A stretch of 55,213 nucleotides of DNA from an uncultured Gammaproteobacteria bacterium (GCA_963968645.1 CAXAHI010000001.1:1-55213), one strand, 5' to 3'; shown: positions 41,826-51,731, counted from the stretch's first letter. Translations and numbers: made by a program. The notes: generated by a model from the letters alone, not told the origin.

Positions 41826-42143
41826 TTACGGGATGAAAATCTCTTGCGAATCAATAATAAAATCTAATTGGTCGCGTAACTCTTTTTGCAGGCCATCAAT
41901 ATAAGCCTCGCTTTGTGAACTGCTTAAAGCCGTTCCTGAAAGTAAGCGTTCAGCTGACATAGGCGGTAAAGCAACAGGGTAACGATTAAGTGCTAAATAG
42001 AAACTGTGTTTCGTTTCATCGTGATAGGCACTTGCGTCAATATCGGTGGCTCCACTCAAGTCGGCTGGGCTGGCAAATACTTGTCCTGATAGGATAAGTG
42101 CTGCTGCAACATACGAAATGGCGGAGTAAGCTAGATTTTTCAT
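41826..42143 (-). CDS. small secreted protein of unknown function (105 aa)
   Basis: The ATG at 42143 has AGGAG 8 nt upstream. The signal peptide is MKNLAYSAISYVAAALILSGQVFA. A strong terminator follows. The track's 46-codon upstream extension lacks support. Confidence 0.7.
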   Translation of the reverse strand: MKNLAYSAISYVAAALILSGQVFASPADLSGATDIDASAYHDETKHSFYLALNRYPVALPPMSAERLLSGTALSSSQSEAYIDGLQKELRDQLDFIIDSQEIFIP

Positions 42144-42221
42144 AATGTTTACTCCTTTCGTTGTGTGCGTTTTTTGGCTTGTGACCTTGAAACGCGGTAA
42201 TAAATTTGTTTCGTTCTTGTA

Positions 42222-42505
42222 TGTTACATAGAGTAACACCTGTGGATAAAAATGCCAGTTTAGAAACGAGAATAAGCGCAATAAATGTGTGAATAATTGT
42301 ACTGTTACTGAGGCCTAGTCTCGGTTGTGGTCTTATGTCGTTGAAACTACGGCATTTAATCATCTTTCACTTATACTATACGGCATGTGTTACCAAACGG
42401 TTCACCAATAAGTCACTAGCTGTTACTTTGCGGTATGATTAACACACAGTTAGTCAGTACTTACTTATTATTCAATTGAGAAGAAAAAAAGAGACTTTTG
42501 TTACT
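42222..42505. promoter_or_regulatory. array of TGTTAC motifs in the ORF-free spacer upstream of polA and the divergent small gene
   Basis: TGTTAC occurs at 42222, 42303, 42388, 42421 and 42499 on the + strand, with an inverted copy GTAACA at 42233. The last forms the palindrome TGTTAC-ATAGA-GTAACA (42222-42238). Confidence 0.35.
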
Positions 42506-42754
42506 GTTAACTAAATCTTTAGAGAAGCTGTTGTTGATGTCTTCTAAGCGTAAAGTCAAAGATACGAGACAAAGAATAAAACTCATCGAGAAGAGTGATT
42601 AGCTTCTTAAGCTGAAAGCAGAGCTGTGATAAGCTGCTCGACCGCGGTTTAGCATCATGATTTCAATGATCACGATTTAAATGAAAAACAGGCGCTAATG
42701 TCTTACCGCCTCCTTATTAACAGCAATAACTATTAAACAGGTGCAACACATCTT

Positions 42755-45559
42755 ATGGCTGCAAATGATCCACTTGTGCTCGTCGATGGCTCCTCTTATC
42801 TTTATCGTGCCTTTCATGCCCTACCACCACTCATTACCTCTAAAGGCATGCCAACGGGCGCTATAAAGGGCGTTATCAATATGTTGCGCCGGTTACAGAA
42901 AGATTATCCCGGCAGTGTAATTACGGTTATCTTTGATGCTAAGGGCAAAACCTTCAGAGATGAGATTTATACCGCTTATAAAGCCAATAGGGCAGCCATG
43001 CCGGATGATCTCAGGCCACAAGTGGCTCCAATCCATCAAATTGTTGAAGCGATGGGTTTGCCGTTACTCGTGGTTGATGGGGTTGAAGCCGATGATGTTA
43101 TTGGTACGCTTGCCGAGCAGGCTACGCAGAAATCGATACCGGTAGTGATTTCAACGGGTGATAAAGATATGGCCCAGCTGGTTAATGAGCATGTCTCATT
43201 AGTTAACACCATGACAGATCTATCCATGGACCCACAAGGCGTAGTGGATAAATTTGGTATTCCCGCTAAGTACATTATTGATTACTTGGCGCTTATGGGT
43301 GACAAGGTCGATAACATTCCGGGTGTACCCGGTGTAGGCGAAAAAACAGCGCTTGGATTAATTCAAACGCTAGGCAGTATCGACGATATTTACAATAAAT
43401 TAGATCAAGTGGCTGATGTTCCTGTGCGCGGTGCAAAAAAACTGGGAGAAAAATTAGCCGCTCATGAAGCCGAAGCGCGACTTTCTTATACCTTGGCAAC
43501 TATTAAGTTAGATGTTGAGTTAGATGTGACGGCAGAGACACTTTATAACAATGAATTAAGCTCGCCACCGAATACAGAACGACTTAATGAATTGTTTAAT
43601 GAATATGAATTTAAGTCTTGGGCGGCGCAAAGTGGCGGGGTAGTACCAAGTACTTCATCCAGTATTGCATCAACTACTGTAGATGCTAGTGGAGTAGTGA
43701 ATAGTGGTGTAGTGGATGGTGTAGAAAAAAATCAAGCGCCTAAACCTGCAGTAACACGTCACTATGAAACAGTGTTAACCGCAAAGCGTTTAGGTATATG
43801 GATAAAAACACTGGCTGCCAGTGATCACTTCTCTTTTGATACGGAAACAACCAGTCTAAATTATATTGATGCACGCGTAGTGGGTGTGTCGGTCAGTGTC
43901 GCTGCAGGTTCTGCCGCTTACATTCCTTTTGCGCATCATTATGAAGGTGCACCAGAACAATTAAATGAAGAAGAAGTGTTAGGTGCGTTAAAACCGCTGT
44001 TAGAAAATCCTGCCGTGAAAAAAGTAGGTCAAAACCTTAAGTACGATAGACATGTGTTGATTAATCATGGCATTGATTTACAAGGCATAGCAGACGACAC
44101 CATGTTGATGTCATATGTGTTGAACTCAACCAGTTCGCGGCATGATATGGATACTTTGGCGAGTAATTATTTGGATGAAAGCACAACCAAATATGAAGAA
44201 GTAGCCGGTAAGGGTGCAAAGCAAATTACTTTTGACCAAGTCGATTTGGAAATAGCCGGTCCTTATGCTGCCGAAGATGCAGATATTACTTTACGCTTGC
44301 ATGAAGTGCTGACAAAAGAATTAGCGGCTATTCCGTCATTAGAAAAATTATACCGTGAAATAGAATTGCCGTTGCTCAATACCATTTGTGATATTGAACA
44401 AACGGGCGCACTCATAGATGGTGAAATATTATTAAAGCAAAGTGCTGAAATTGGCATTCGTTTAGAAACGCTTGCGCAAGAAGCTTATATATTAGCAGAA
44501 GAAGAATTTAATTTAGGTTCGCCAAAACAATTACAAACTATTTTGTTTGAAAAGTTAAAGCTACCCGTTATTAAGAAAACACCTAAAGGGCAGCCATCAA
44601 CTGCTGAGCCAATATTGCAAGAGCTAGCATTAAATTATCCTTTACCCAAAGTGATAATGGAATACCGCGGTTTAAGTAAATTAAAATCAACTTACACTGA
44701 TCGCTTGCCAGAACAGATCAATCAGAAAACGGGTAGGGTGCATACTTCTTATCATCAAGCGGTAACGGCAACCGGCCGTTTATCATCATCAGATCCAAAC
44801 TTACAAAACATTCCTATTCGAACGGCTGAAGGTCGTAAAGTGAGGCAGGCATTTATTGCCTCTGCGAATAGTTCGGTGCTAGCTGCCGATTACTCGCAAA
44901 TTGAATTACGTATTATGGCGCATCTGTCAGGTGATAAAGGTTTGCTCGATGCCTTTAATCAAGGTTTGGATGTTCATAAGGCCACAGCAGCCGAAGTTTT
45001 TTCAGTGAATCTTGCAGAGGTGAGTCAAGAGCAGCGTCGTCGCGCTAAAGCGATAAACTTCGGATTAATTTATGGCATGTCCGCTTTCGGCTTAGCCAAG
45101 CAGTTAGATATTGGTCGCCGTGATGCGCAGGAATATATTGAACGTTATTTTGATCGTTATCCCGGTGTTTTAAAGTATATGGAAAATACGCGGGCGTCGG
45201 CCTATGAAATGGGTTATGTCGAAACCTTATTGGGTCGTCGTTTATATTTACCTGAAATTAATAGCAGTAATGGTATGCGCCGCCAAGCAGCAGAGCGAAC
45301 GGCCATTAATGCTCCTATGCAGGGTACGGCTGCCGACATTATTAAAATTGCGATGCTAAATGTAAATGCATGGTTAAAAGACAATGTCGATATTAAAATG
45401 ATTATGCAAGTGCACGATGAATTAGTGTTTGAAGTGCCGACAGATAAGCTCGACTATGCGAAAGAACATATAGGCCAGTTAATGTCGAATGCTGCAGATT
45501 TAGCAGTTCCGCTGATCGTAGATATAGGTGTTGGCGACAATTGGGATGAGGCGCACTAA
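42755..45559 (+). CDS. polA: DNA polymerase I
   Basis: 934 aa with a 5'-nuclease N-terminus (LVDGSSYLYRAFHA), a 3'-5' exonuclease block (FDTETTSL), and polymerase motifs DYSQIELRIMAH and QVHDELVFEV. Confidence 0.97.
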   Translation: MAANDPLVLVDGSSYLYRAFHALPPLITSKGMPTGAIKGVINMLRRLQKDYPGSVITVIFDAKGKTFRDEIYTAYKANRAAMPDDLRPQVAPIHQIVEAMGLPLLVVDGVEADDVIGTLAEQATQKSIPVVISTGDKDMAQLVNEHVSLVNTMTDLSMDPQGVVDKFGIPAKYIIDYLALMGDKVDNIPGVPGVGEKTALGLIQTLGSIDDIYNKLDQVADVPVRGAKKLGEKLAAHEAEARLSYTLATIKLDVELDVTAETLYNNELSSPPNTERLNELFNEYEFKSWAAQSGGVVPSTSSSIASTTVDASGVVNSGVVDGVEKNQAPKPAVTRHYETVLTAKRLGIWIKTLAASDHFSFDTETTSLNYIDARVVGVSVSVAAGSAAYIPFAHHYEGAPEQLNEEEVLGALKPLLENPAVKKVGQNLKYDRHVLINHGIDLQGIADDTMLMSYVLNSTSSRHDMDTLASNYLDESTTKYEEVAGKGAKQITFDQVDLEIAGPYAAEDADITLRLHEVLTKELAAIPSLEKLYREIELPLLNTICDIEQTGALIDGEILLKQSAEIGIRLETLAQEAYILAEEEFNLGSPKQLQTILFEKLKLPVIKKTPKGQPSTAEPILQELALNYPLPKVIMEYRGLSKLKSTYTDRLPEQINQKTGRVHTSYHQAVTATGRLSSSDPNLQNIPIRTAEGRKVRQAFIASANSSVLAADYSQIELRIMAHLSGDKGLLDAFNQGLDVHKATAAEVFSVNLAEVSQEQRRRAKAINFGLIYGMSAFGLAKQLDIGRRDAQEYIERYFDRYPGVLKYMENTRASAYEMGYVETLLGRRLYLPEINSSNGMRRQAAERTAINAPMQGTAADIIKIAMLNVNAWLKDNVDIKMIMQVHDELVFEVPTDKLDYAKEHIGQLMSNAADLAVPLIVDIGVGDNWDEAH

Positions 45560-47649
45560 ACGTCGATATAATTTGTCGCTAACGGGCACCATCTTTTTAT
45601 TAATGCATTTGCAACATCAGGATCGCTGTTGCAAATAGTATTAGAGGCTTGCACTACAGCATCAATCATATCTGCATCACGTTCTAAATCAGCAATCTTA
45701 AAAATGGCTGCGCCCGATTGTTGCGTGCCAAGTACTTGTCCGGGTCCGCGCATTTGCAAATCTTTTTCTGCTAACTTAAAGCCATCGTTAGTCATGCGCA
45801 TAATTTCGATGCGCTGCTTACCGTTTTTTGATAAAGGTTTTTGATACAGCAAAACACAGTGACTTTTAATGCTGCCACGACCAACGCGTCCGCGTAATTG
45901 ATGCAGTTGTGATAAACCTAGTCGCTCAGGATTTTCAATAATCATTAAGCTCGCATTGGGCACATTGACGCCGACCTCAACAACGGTTGTGGCCACTAAT
46001 AACTGTATGTCACCACTATTAAAGTGCGACATCACGGCTTGCTTTTGCGGGCTCTTTAAGCGGCCATGAACCAAGCCAACATTGACATCAGGCAGCAACG
46101 CAGCGAGTTCAGATGCCGTTGTTTCGGCAGCTTGGCATTGTAAAGTTTCAGAGTCTTCGATTAATGTGCAAATCCAATATACTTGCCGGCCTTGTTGGCA
46201 AGCATTGCTTACGCGCTCTATCACTTCTATGCGTTTATCGTTGCTGAGTGCAACGGTTTCTATAGGTGTTCGGCCAGGCGGAAGTTCGTCTATTACCGAG
46301 TAGTCTAGGTCTGCATAAAATGTCATTGCTAAGGTTCTAGGAATGGGCGTTGCAGTCATGACTAATTGATGCACGCTATGAATATCGGCGCGTTTATTTT
46401 TAAGTGTGCGTCGTTGCTCAACACCAAAGCGATGTTGCTCATCAATAATAATAAAACCAAGATCGTGATAAACTACTTTATCTTGAATCAGTGCGTGGGT
46501 CCCGATAACCAGCTTCGTTTCGCCAGAAGTAATATCAGCAAGGCGTTGACGTTTTTCAGCAGCAGGTAATTTACTCACTAACAAATTCACCGAAATAGAG
46601 AGAGGCTTAAACCATTCTTTAAACGTTGTTAGATGCTGCTCTGCCAGAATTTCGGTTGGTGCCATTAGCACCACTTGTTGACCTTGCTGAATAAATTGTA
46701 AGGCTGCTAGCGCTGCGACAATAGTTTTTCCTGAGCCTACATCACCTTGTAATAAACGTAACATAGGGCTTGGGCGAGTTATGTCACTTTTTATTTCAGT
46801 TAATACGCGTTTTTGCGCCGAGGTTAATTCAAAAGGAAGTAACCCAAGAAACTGTTGCTCTAGCTGCGAGTTTTCATTAATAGCAATGGCGCTTTCTTGC
46901 AGGCTATTCTTTCTTAGTAATAAATGTGAAATCCGCTGCGCCACTAATTCTTCAAAAGCGAGCCGCCGCTGTAAAGGGTGCATACCTTCTGAAAATAGCT
47001 CGAGATCAATTGTCGGTGGCGGAAAGTGCAATAATTTTAAAGTGGAATATAAATCGCTAAAGTTTTTACTATCAAATAACGATAGGTGTTTATCGGTGAG
47101 TAAATTAGGAATGCTTGTTACATCAAGAGCATCAAATGCAGCTTTAATATAATTGCGCCAGCGCACTTGGCTAATACCATCAGTGCTGGGGTAAACAGCC
47201 GTTAAATATTCAGCGGTAGGTAATGGTTGGCCGGGAATAATTAATTGATATTCTGGATGAATTAATTCAATACCGCCGCGGACTAAACTGACTTCACCAT
47301 AGCAGCGAATCATTTGCCCGGGCACTAAGCCTTTTTTTTGTGCAGCAGAAAAGTGAAAAAAGCGTAGCGTCATAACGCCAGTGCCATCTTGTATTTTACA
47401 CAGCAAGCTGCGGCGTTTTCCAAACACAATATCGCAGGCGCGTATCTCACCCTCAATAACCGCTGAGTAGCCATTACGGATACTACCAATTGGCTGCACT
47501 TTAGTTCTGTCTTGATAGCGTAGTGGCAAATGAAACAGTAGATCCATTGCCGAGCTAATGCCGAGTGCATTTAGTTTATTGGCAATAGCGGGACCAATTC
47601 CTTTGAGTGCGGAGAGGCTAACTATTTTTATAGGCGTTAGAGCGGGCAT
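45556..47649 (-). CDS. recG: ATP-dependent DNA helicase RecG
   Basis: Walker A GDVGSGKT and DEQH box IIIDEQHRFG. The N-terminus LKGIGPAIANKL...LPLRYQDRT resembles the RecG wedge region. The first ATG at 47649 matches homologue length. The track uses the TTG at 47679. Confidence 0.95.
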   Translation of the reverse strand: MPALTPIKIVSLSALKGIGPAIANKLNALGISSAMDLLFHLPLRYQDRTKVQPIGSIRNGYSAVIEGEIRACDIVFGKRRSLLCKIQDGTGVMTLRFFHFSAAQKKGLVPGQMIRCYGEVSLVRGGIELIHPEYQLIIPGQPLPTAEYLTAVYPSTDGISQVRWRNYIKAAFDALDVTSIPNLLTDKHLSLFDSKNFSDLYSTLKLLHFPPPTIDLELFSEGMHPLQRRLAFEELVAQRISHLLLRKNSLQESAIAINENSQLEQQFLGLLPFELTSAQKRVLTEIKSDITRPSPMLRLLQGDVGSGKTIVAALAALQFIQQGQQVVLMAPTEILAEQHLTTFKEWFKPLSISVNLLVSKLPAAEKRQRLADITSGETKLVIGTHALIQDKVVYHDLGFIIIDEQHRFGVEQRRTLKNKRADIHSVHQLVMTATPIPRTLAMTFYADLDYSVIDELPPGRTPIETVALSNDKRIEVIERVSNACQQGRQVYWICTLIEDSETLQCQAAETTASELAALLPDVNVGLVHGRLKSPQKQAVMSHFNSGDIQLLVATTVVEVGVNVPNASLMIIENPERLGLSQLHQLRGRVGRGSIKSHCVLLYQKPLSKNGKQRIEIMRMTNDGFKLAEKDLQMRGPGQVLGTQQSGAAIFKIADLERDADMIDAVVQASNTICNSDPDVANALIKRWCPLATNYIDV

Positions 47650-47855
47650 TTTTTTATCTAAATTAATTAGGCGCTTCAAGCATGTGCGCGGTCGATTTTG
47701 AATGAGTGGATTGTACCATTTTACCGCCTTTTTTCTCTGTCTTTAGCTTTAAAGAGCGCTTTAAGCAGCTAAGTCAATAAAGTGAAAGTGTGATGATGTG
47801 CTTCAACTCAGTCAGCGTCATTTGTATGCCAGTATGTTAAATTACACCATTGATT

Positions 47856-47938
47856 ACACTGCTTGTTTGCCTATATTTAAGCACAAATTGAATTGGCTTA
47901 TAATGACTTATTTCTTAACAGTTTTTTACAAGCAGTGT
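47856..47938. promoter_or_regulatory. 11-bp inverted repeat ACACTGCTTGT / ACAAGCAGTGT bracketing a consensus TATAAT
   Basis: The left arm is at 47856-47866 and the right arm at 47928-47938. A TATAAT at 47899-47904 lies between them, about 90 bp upstream of the SDR gene start. Confidence 0.3.
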
Positions 47939-47993
47939 TAAGCCTGTGCGTGTTATTCATATTGATAGTGATAGCAGGCCATAAAATAGTGAA

Positions 47994-48869
47994 ATGAATA
48001 TGAGCGGCAAAAAAATTCTTATGATCGGCTGTGGTGATTTAGGTATTGCGACAGCAAAGCGATTGCAAGCCAATGGCTATGAGGTTGTAGGTGCGCGGCG
48101 CTCTATTAATAAGTTGCCAGCCGATTTGCCTGGTATAGCTATTGATATTACTCGACCAGAAACGCTAACGGCTTTGGCGCAACATACTTGGTATGCCGTG
48201 ATTGTGACATTAACGGCCGATAGCTTTAACCGTGAGGCCTATCAAGCCACTTATGTCGATGGCCTGAATAATGTATTAAAGAGTTTAGAAAGTCGGGCAA
48301 GTGATTCATCTCAAGTTGCGCCGTTGGTTATATTTTCCTCCTCTACGAGTATCTATCATCAAAATAATGGTGCAATGGTCGATGAAAGCAGTGAAACATT
48401 GCCGACCAGTTTTTCCGGCCAGGCCATGCTGGCGGCTGAGCAGCAGTTAGCAGATTATTCAGGCGAGAGTTGTGCGTTACGCTTTGGTGGTATTTATGGT
48501 CGAGGACTTGGCCGTTTGGCTCAAAGGCTTACAGAAGGCTTTATTTGCCCTCCTGAACCCGTGCTCTATAGTAATCGGATTCATTTTGAGGATTGCTGTC
48601 GCGCCATTGTTCATCTGGTAGATTTGCATCAGCAGCAAGTGGCGTTTGCGCCTTGTTACTTAGTGGTGGACAGTAAGCCAAGCTTGCTACGTGAGGTAAT
48701 GGAATGGTTAGCGGTTAAACAGGGTTTAAATGTTGATGAGCTAGAGGGCAGTGAAGCACCCGTTCGAGGGGGCAACAAACAGTGTAATAATGCTGAACTC
48801 CTAAAAACGGGCTTTGTTTTACAATATCCTGATTATCGAGCAGGCTTTGCGCCCATGTTCGATAAATAA
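47994..48869 (+). CDS. NAD(P)-binding Rossmann-fold protein (SDR / NAD-dependent epimerase-dehydratase family)
   Basis: N-terminal KILMIGCGDLGIATAKRL (GxGxxG) and 291 aa. Substrate specificity cannot be inferred. Confidence 0.8.
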   Translation: MNMSGKKILMIGCGDLGIATAKRLQANGYEVVGARRSINKLPADLPGIAIDITRPETLTALAQHTWYAVIVTLTADSFNREAYQATYVDGLNNVLKSLESRASDSSQVAPLVIFSSSTSIYHQNNGAMVDESSETLPTSFSGQAMLAAEQQLADYSGESCALRFGGIYGRGLGRLAQRLTEGFICPPEPVLYSNRIHFEDCCRAIVHLVDLHQQQVAFAPCYLVVDSKPSLLREVMEWLAVKQGLNVDELEGSEAPVRGGNKQCNNAELLKTGFVLQYPDYRAGFAPMFDK

Positions 48870-48936
48870 TAAATAGCTGGCTAGTATTAAGGCGCATAGA
48901 TTGTTTTAAGTGGTTGATTCAAGGTTGAGAGTATTT

Positions 48937-49314
48937 ATGTCGAAAGCGATTTCCCAAAGGTTTGCCGCTCTTCTGTTTTTTGGCGATCTAGTACTAATGA
49001 CTATTTTGGCGTTAAAGCCAATGCAGGCTATGGGGGATATTACCCATGTTGATAAAGCGCTGCATTTTTCAGCTTATTTAGTGTTAGCAGGGTTAGCGTT
49101 TCTATTTGCCCAGCGCTATAAGCCCTTTCTTGGATGGTGCCTTGCGTTAGCGGTTTATGGTGCCGTCATTGAGTGCCTACAATCGTTTATGCCGGGCAGG
49201 TTTATGTCTTTCGCTGATTTTATAGCCAATATTAGCGGTATTGCCGTGGCTATCCTATTCGTCAAAATCTATCTGGGTAAAAAAACGCAGAGTCAGACCT
49301 CAGAGACTCCGTAA
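48937..49314 (+). CDS. VanZ-like family membrane protein
   Basis: Four TM helices with DKALHFSAYLVLAG and ECLQSFMPGRFMSFADFIANISG, typical of VanZ-like proteins. The ATG at 48937 is preferred over the track's GTG at 48910. Confidence 0.78.
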   Translation: MSKAISQRFAALLFFGDLVLMTILALKPMQAMGDITHVDKALHFSAYLVLAGLAFLFAQRYKPFLGWCLALAVYGAVIECLQSFMPGRFMSFADFIANISGIAVAILFVKIYLGKKTQSQTSETP

Positions 49315-49457
49315 TCTAGGCTGCTATCGCTTACGATTTGTTAGTCGCGGGGTGGCGGTGTTTTCTATACAATTGCGGTTTAATGGCAGCATAAGAATTA
49401 ATGAAATTGATTAACCCAATAATTGATGTCTCAAACACCACGGTAAACAAATAAGCT

Positions 49458-50636
49458 ATGACCTCTGCGTCTAACTCTGTTGGCATTGTTACACCCAAAA
49501 CGGCTCATTTTGAGCAGCCGTTTAAAGTGTCTTGTGGCCGCGAATTGCCTAGCCTCGATATTGTCTATGAGACTTACGGCGAATTGAATGCCGAGCACTC
49601 CAATGCAGTTTTAGTGTGTCATGCGCTATCGGGGGATCATCATGCCGCCGGCTATCATAGCGCCGAAGATAAAAAGCCAGGCTGGTGGGATAATTATATT
49701 GGTCCTGGCAAAGCCATCGATACCAATCATTTTTATGTAGTGAGCCTTAATAATATTGGTGGCTGCGCAGGTAGCACAGGACCATCGTCAATTAACCCTG
49801 CAACGAATGAGCCTTGGGGGCCTGATTTCCCAACGCTGCGTGTGCGTGATTGGGTAGAAACACAAAGAATGCTAGCCGACTCTTTAGCCATAGAGCAGTG
49901 GGCAGCCGTTATTGGTGGCAGCTTAGGCGGTATGCAAGCTATGCGTTGGGCGCTAGAGTACCCCGAACGCTTGCGTCACTGTGTGGTGATTGCCTCAGCA
50001 TTAAAGTTGACCGCGCAAAATATTGCCTTTAATAAAACCTCTCGCACAGCCATTAGCTCTGATCCTGATTTTCATGAGGGTCGCTATTACCAACACAACA
50101 CCGTACCCAAAAGCGGTTTAGCGATTGCCCGCATGATAGGCCATATCACGTATTTATCGGATGGCGTTATGGGTGAGAAGTTTGGTCGTGATTTACGATC
50201 GGGTACTTTCGAGCAAGGGGTTGAGTCAGAGTTAGAGTTTCAAGTTGAAAGTTATTTGCGTTATCAAGGCGATATTTTTTCTGAAAACTTTGATGCTAAT
50301 ACCTATATGCTCATGACAAAGGCACTAGATTATTTTGATTTGGCGAGAGAGTATGGCGATGATGCGGTTAAAGCCTTTGCTGCTGCTAAATGCCGATTTT
50401 TAGTCGTTTCGTTTACCAGTGACTGGCGTTTTTCACCCGAGCGCTCGCGTGAGATTGTAAAGGCATTAATCGGTGCAGAAAAATCAGTGAGCTATGCCGA
50501 AGTAGATGCTGCATTGGGTCATGATTCATTTCTTTTACCGGTAGAGAGATACAATAATTTATTTACTGCGTATATGCAGAGAGTCGCACAAGAGCAGCCG
50601 CAAGTTATGTTGCAAGGAAAAAACCATGCGACATGA
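49458..50636 (+). CDS. metX: homoserine O-acyltransferase MetX (acetyl versus succinyl specificity not determinable here)
   Basis: Alpha/beta hydrolase with the nucleophile elbow GGSLGGMQ and the C-terminal GHDSFLL. It is followed by metW, which overlaps it by 11 nt. Confidence 0.95.
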   Translation: MTSASNSVGIVTPKTAHFEQPFKVSCGRELPSLDIVYETYGELNAEHSNAVLVCHALSGDHHAAGYHSAEDKKPGWWDNYIGPGKAIDTNHFYVVSLNNIGGCAGSTGPSSINPATNEPWGPDFPTLRVRDWVETQRMLADSLAIEQWAAVIGGSLGGMQAMRWALEYPERLRHCVVIASALKLTAQNIAFNKTSRTAISSDPDFHEGRYYQHNTVPKSGLAIARMIGHITYLSDGVMGEKFGRDLRSGTFEQGVESELEFQVESYLRYQGDIFSENFDANTYMLMTKALDYFDLAREYGDDAVKAFAAAKCRFLVVSFTSDWRFSPERSREIVKALIGAEKSVSYAEVDAALGHDSFLLPVERYNNLFTAYMQRVAQEQPQVMLQGKNHAT

Positions 50637-51234
50637 TTTGGTAACATTAAACCAATGGATCGACACAGGTTCACGCGTACTTGATTTAGGCTGTGGTGAA
50701 GGCGTATTGTTAGAGCATCTTGTCGACAATAAAGCAGTACGCGGTTTAGGTGTCGAAATTGATGCCGACAATATTACACGCTGTATTACTAAAGGTTTAA
50801 ATGTTATTGAGCAAGATCTTGATAATGGCTTGAGTAATTTTGCTGATAATAGTTTTGATACGGTTCTTTTGACGCAGACTTTACAGGCCGTTCGTAGACC
50901 TGATTATGTATTGCAAGAAATGCTGCGTGTGGGAAAAGAATGCATTATTACTTTTCCTAACTTTGGCCATTGGCAGGTGCGCTTATATTTAATGCTGCGC
51001 GGGAAAATGCCGGTCAGTAAAATGATGCCTTATCATTGGTATGACACACCCAACATTCATTTTTGTACGGTTAAAGATTTTGAACTGTTATGCAAAGAGC
51101 AAGATATTAAAATTTTGCATAGAACGGTGCAAGCAGTACAAGGCGTCGATGAAAAAATACAGAAGCCGCATTGGTATAAAAAACTTTGGCCCAATTTTTT
51201 AGGAGCACATGCAATTTATCATGTCACACGTTAA
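50626..51234 (+). CDS. metW: methionine biosynthesis protein MetW
   Basis: 202 aa with the SAM-methyltransferase-like motif [10 protein letters not shown], in the canonical metX-metW pairing. Confidence 0.93.
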   Translation: MRHDLVTLNQWIDTGSRVLDLGCGEGVLLEHLVDNKAVRGLGVEIDADNITRCITKGLNVIEQDLDNGLSNFADNSFDTVLLTQTLQAVRRPDYVLQEMLRVGKECIITFPNFGHWQVRLYLMLRGKMPVSKMMPYHWYDTPNIHFCTVKDFELLCKEQDIKILHRTVQAVQGVDEKIQKPHWYKKLWPNFLGAHAIYHVTR

Positions 51235-51697
51235 TAACAAAAAACAATCATGCTTTTTCGTTACCGCTGCTTTTTTTATGGCAATGGTTTTTTGTTCTAC
51301 GGCAGTAGCGCAAGATAGTACCTCTGTACGAAAAGGTAATTACGAAGTTTATTACAGTGTTTTCAATAGTAGTTTTTTACAGCCAGAAACAGCGGTTGCT
51401 GTGGGTGTAAAGCGCGCTAAAAACGTTGCGCTAATCAATATAGCGATTATTGAGCATTTACCTGACGGGACAACGCAGGCGAGTAAAGCGGGCACAATTA
51501 AAGGCACGGCCTTTAATTTAGTGCATAAAAACACATTGAATTTTCAAGAGATAGTAGAGCCAGGTGCTGTTTATTACTTAGCGAAATTTAAAATTAGTAA
51601 TGATAATGAAAAAATAGTTATTAAAGCAGCGGTTAAGCCAGAAAATAGTAAGCAAGTGATAGATGTTGAGTTTGAACATCATTTTTATTTAAACTAG
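51209..51697 (+). CDS. DUF4426-like secreted protein
   Basis: Signal peptide ending AVAQ, then a beta-rich domain. It has the same position between metW and rdgB as the Pseudomonas DUF4426 gene (from memory). The start is ambiguous: the ATG at 51209 has AGGAG only 3 nt upstream, and the ATG at 51221 is the alternative. Confidence 0.75.
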   Translation: MQFIMSHVNNKKQSCFFVTAAFFMAMVFCSTAVAQDSTSVRKGNYEVYYSVFNSSFLQPETAVAVGVKRAKNVALINIAIIEHLPDGTTQASKAGTIKGTAFNLVHKNTLNFQEIVEPGAVYYLAKFKISNDNEKIVIKAAVKPENSKQVIDVEFEHHFYLN

Positions 51698-51731
51698 TCC
51701 ATTTTAAACTCTTATTGAACAGCATAAATCT

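Noticed and set aside
42241-42249. Perfect DnaA-box 9-mer TGTGGATAA far from dnaA
   Set aside because: A single exact 9-mer is expected about 0.4 times by chance in 55 kb counting both strands. There are no neighbouring boxes. I note it only as part of the polA-upstream spacer finding.
42537-42602. Tiny basic ORF MSSKRKVKDTRQRIKLIEKSD upstream of polA, and other ORFs of 7-12 codons nearby. A 12-codon ORF at 31902-31940 upstream of coxB is similar.
   Set aside because: They have no RBS and no conservation evidence available, and their lengths are compatible with chance in AT-rich DNA.
46781-47152. 123-aa ORF antisense to recG
   Set aside because: It lies inside the conserved recG helicase core and has no motif, RBS or promoter evidence. 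The same reasoning applies to the other short antisense ORFs in the track, within mnmE, yidC, glyS, glyQ, trkA, rsmB, fmt, coxA, polA and others.
49315-49457. SAM-responsive riboswitch or leader upstream of metX
   Set aside because: There is some loose resemblance (a CGATTT element, and GCTTA near 49335 complementary to TAAGC adjacent to the start codon). I could not reconstruct any known SAM riboswitch core by eye. An Rfam cmscan would settle it, and until then no call is made.
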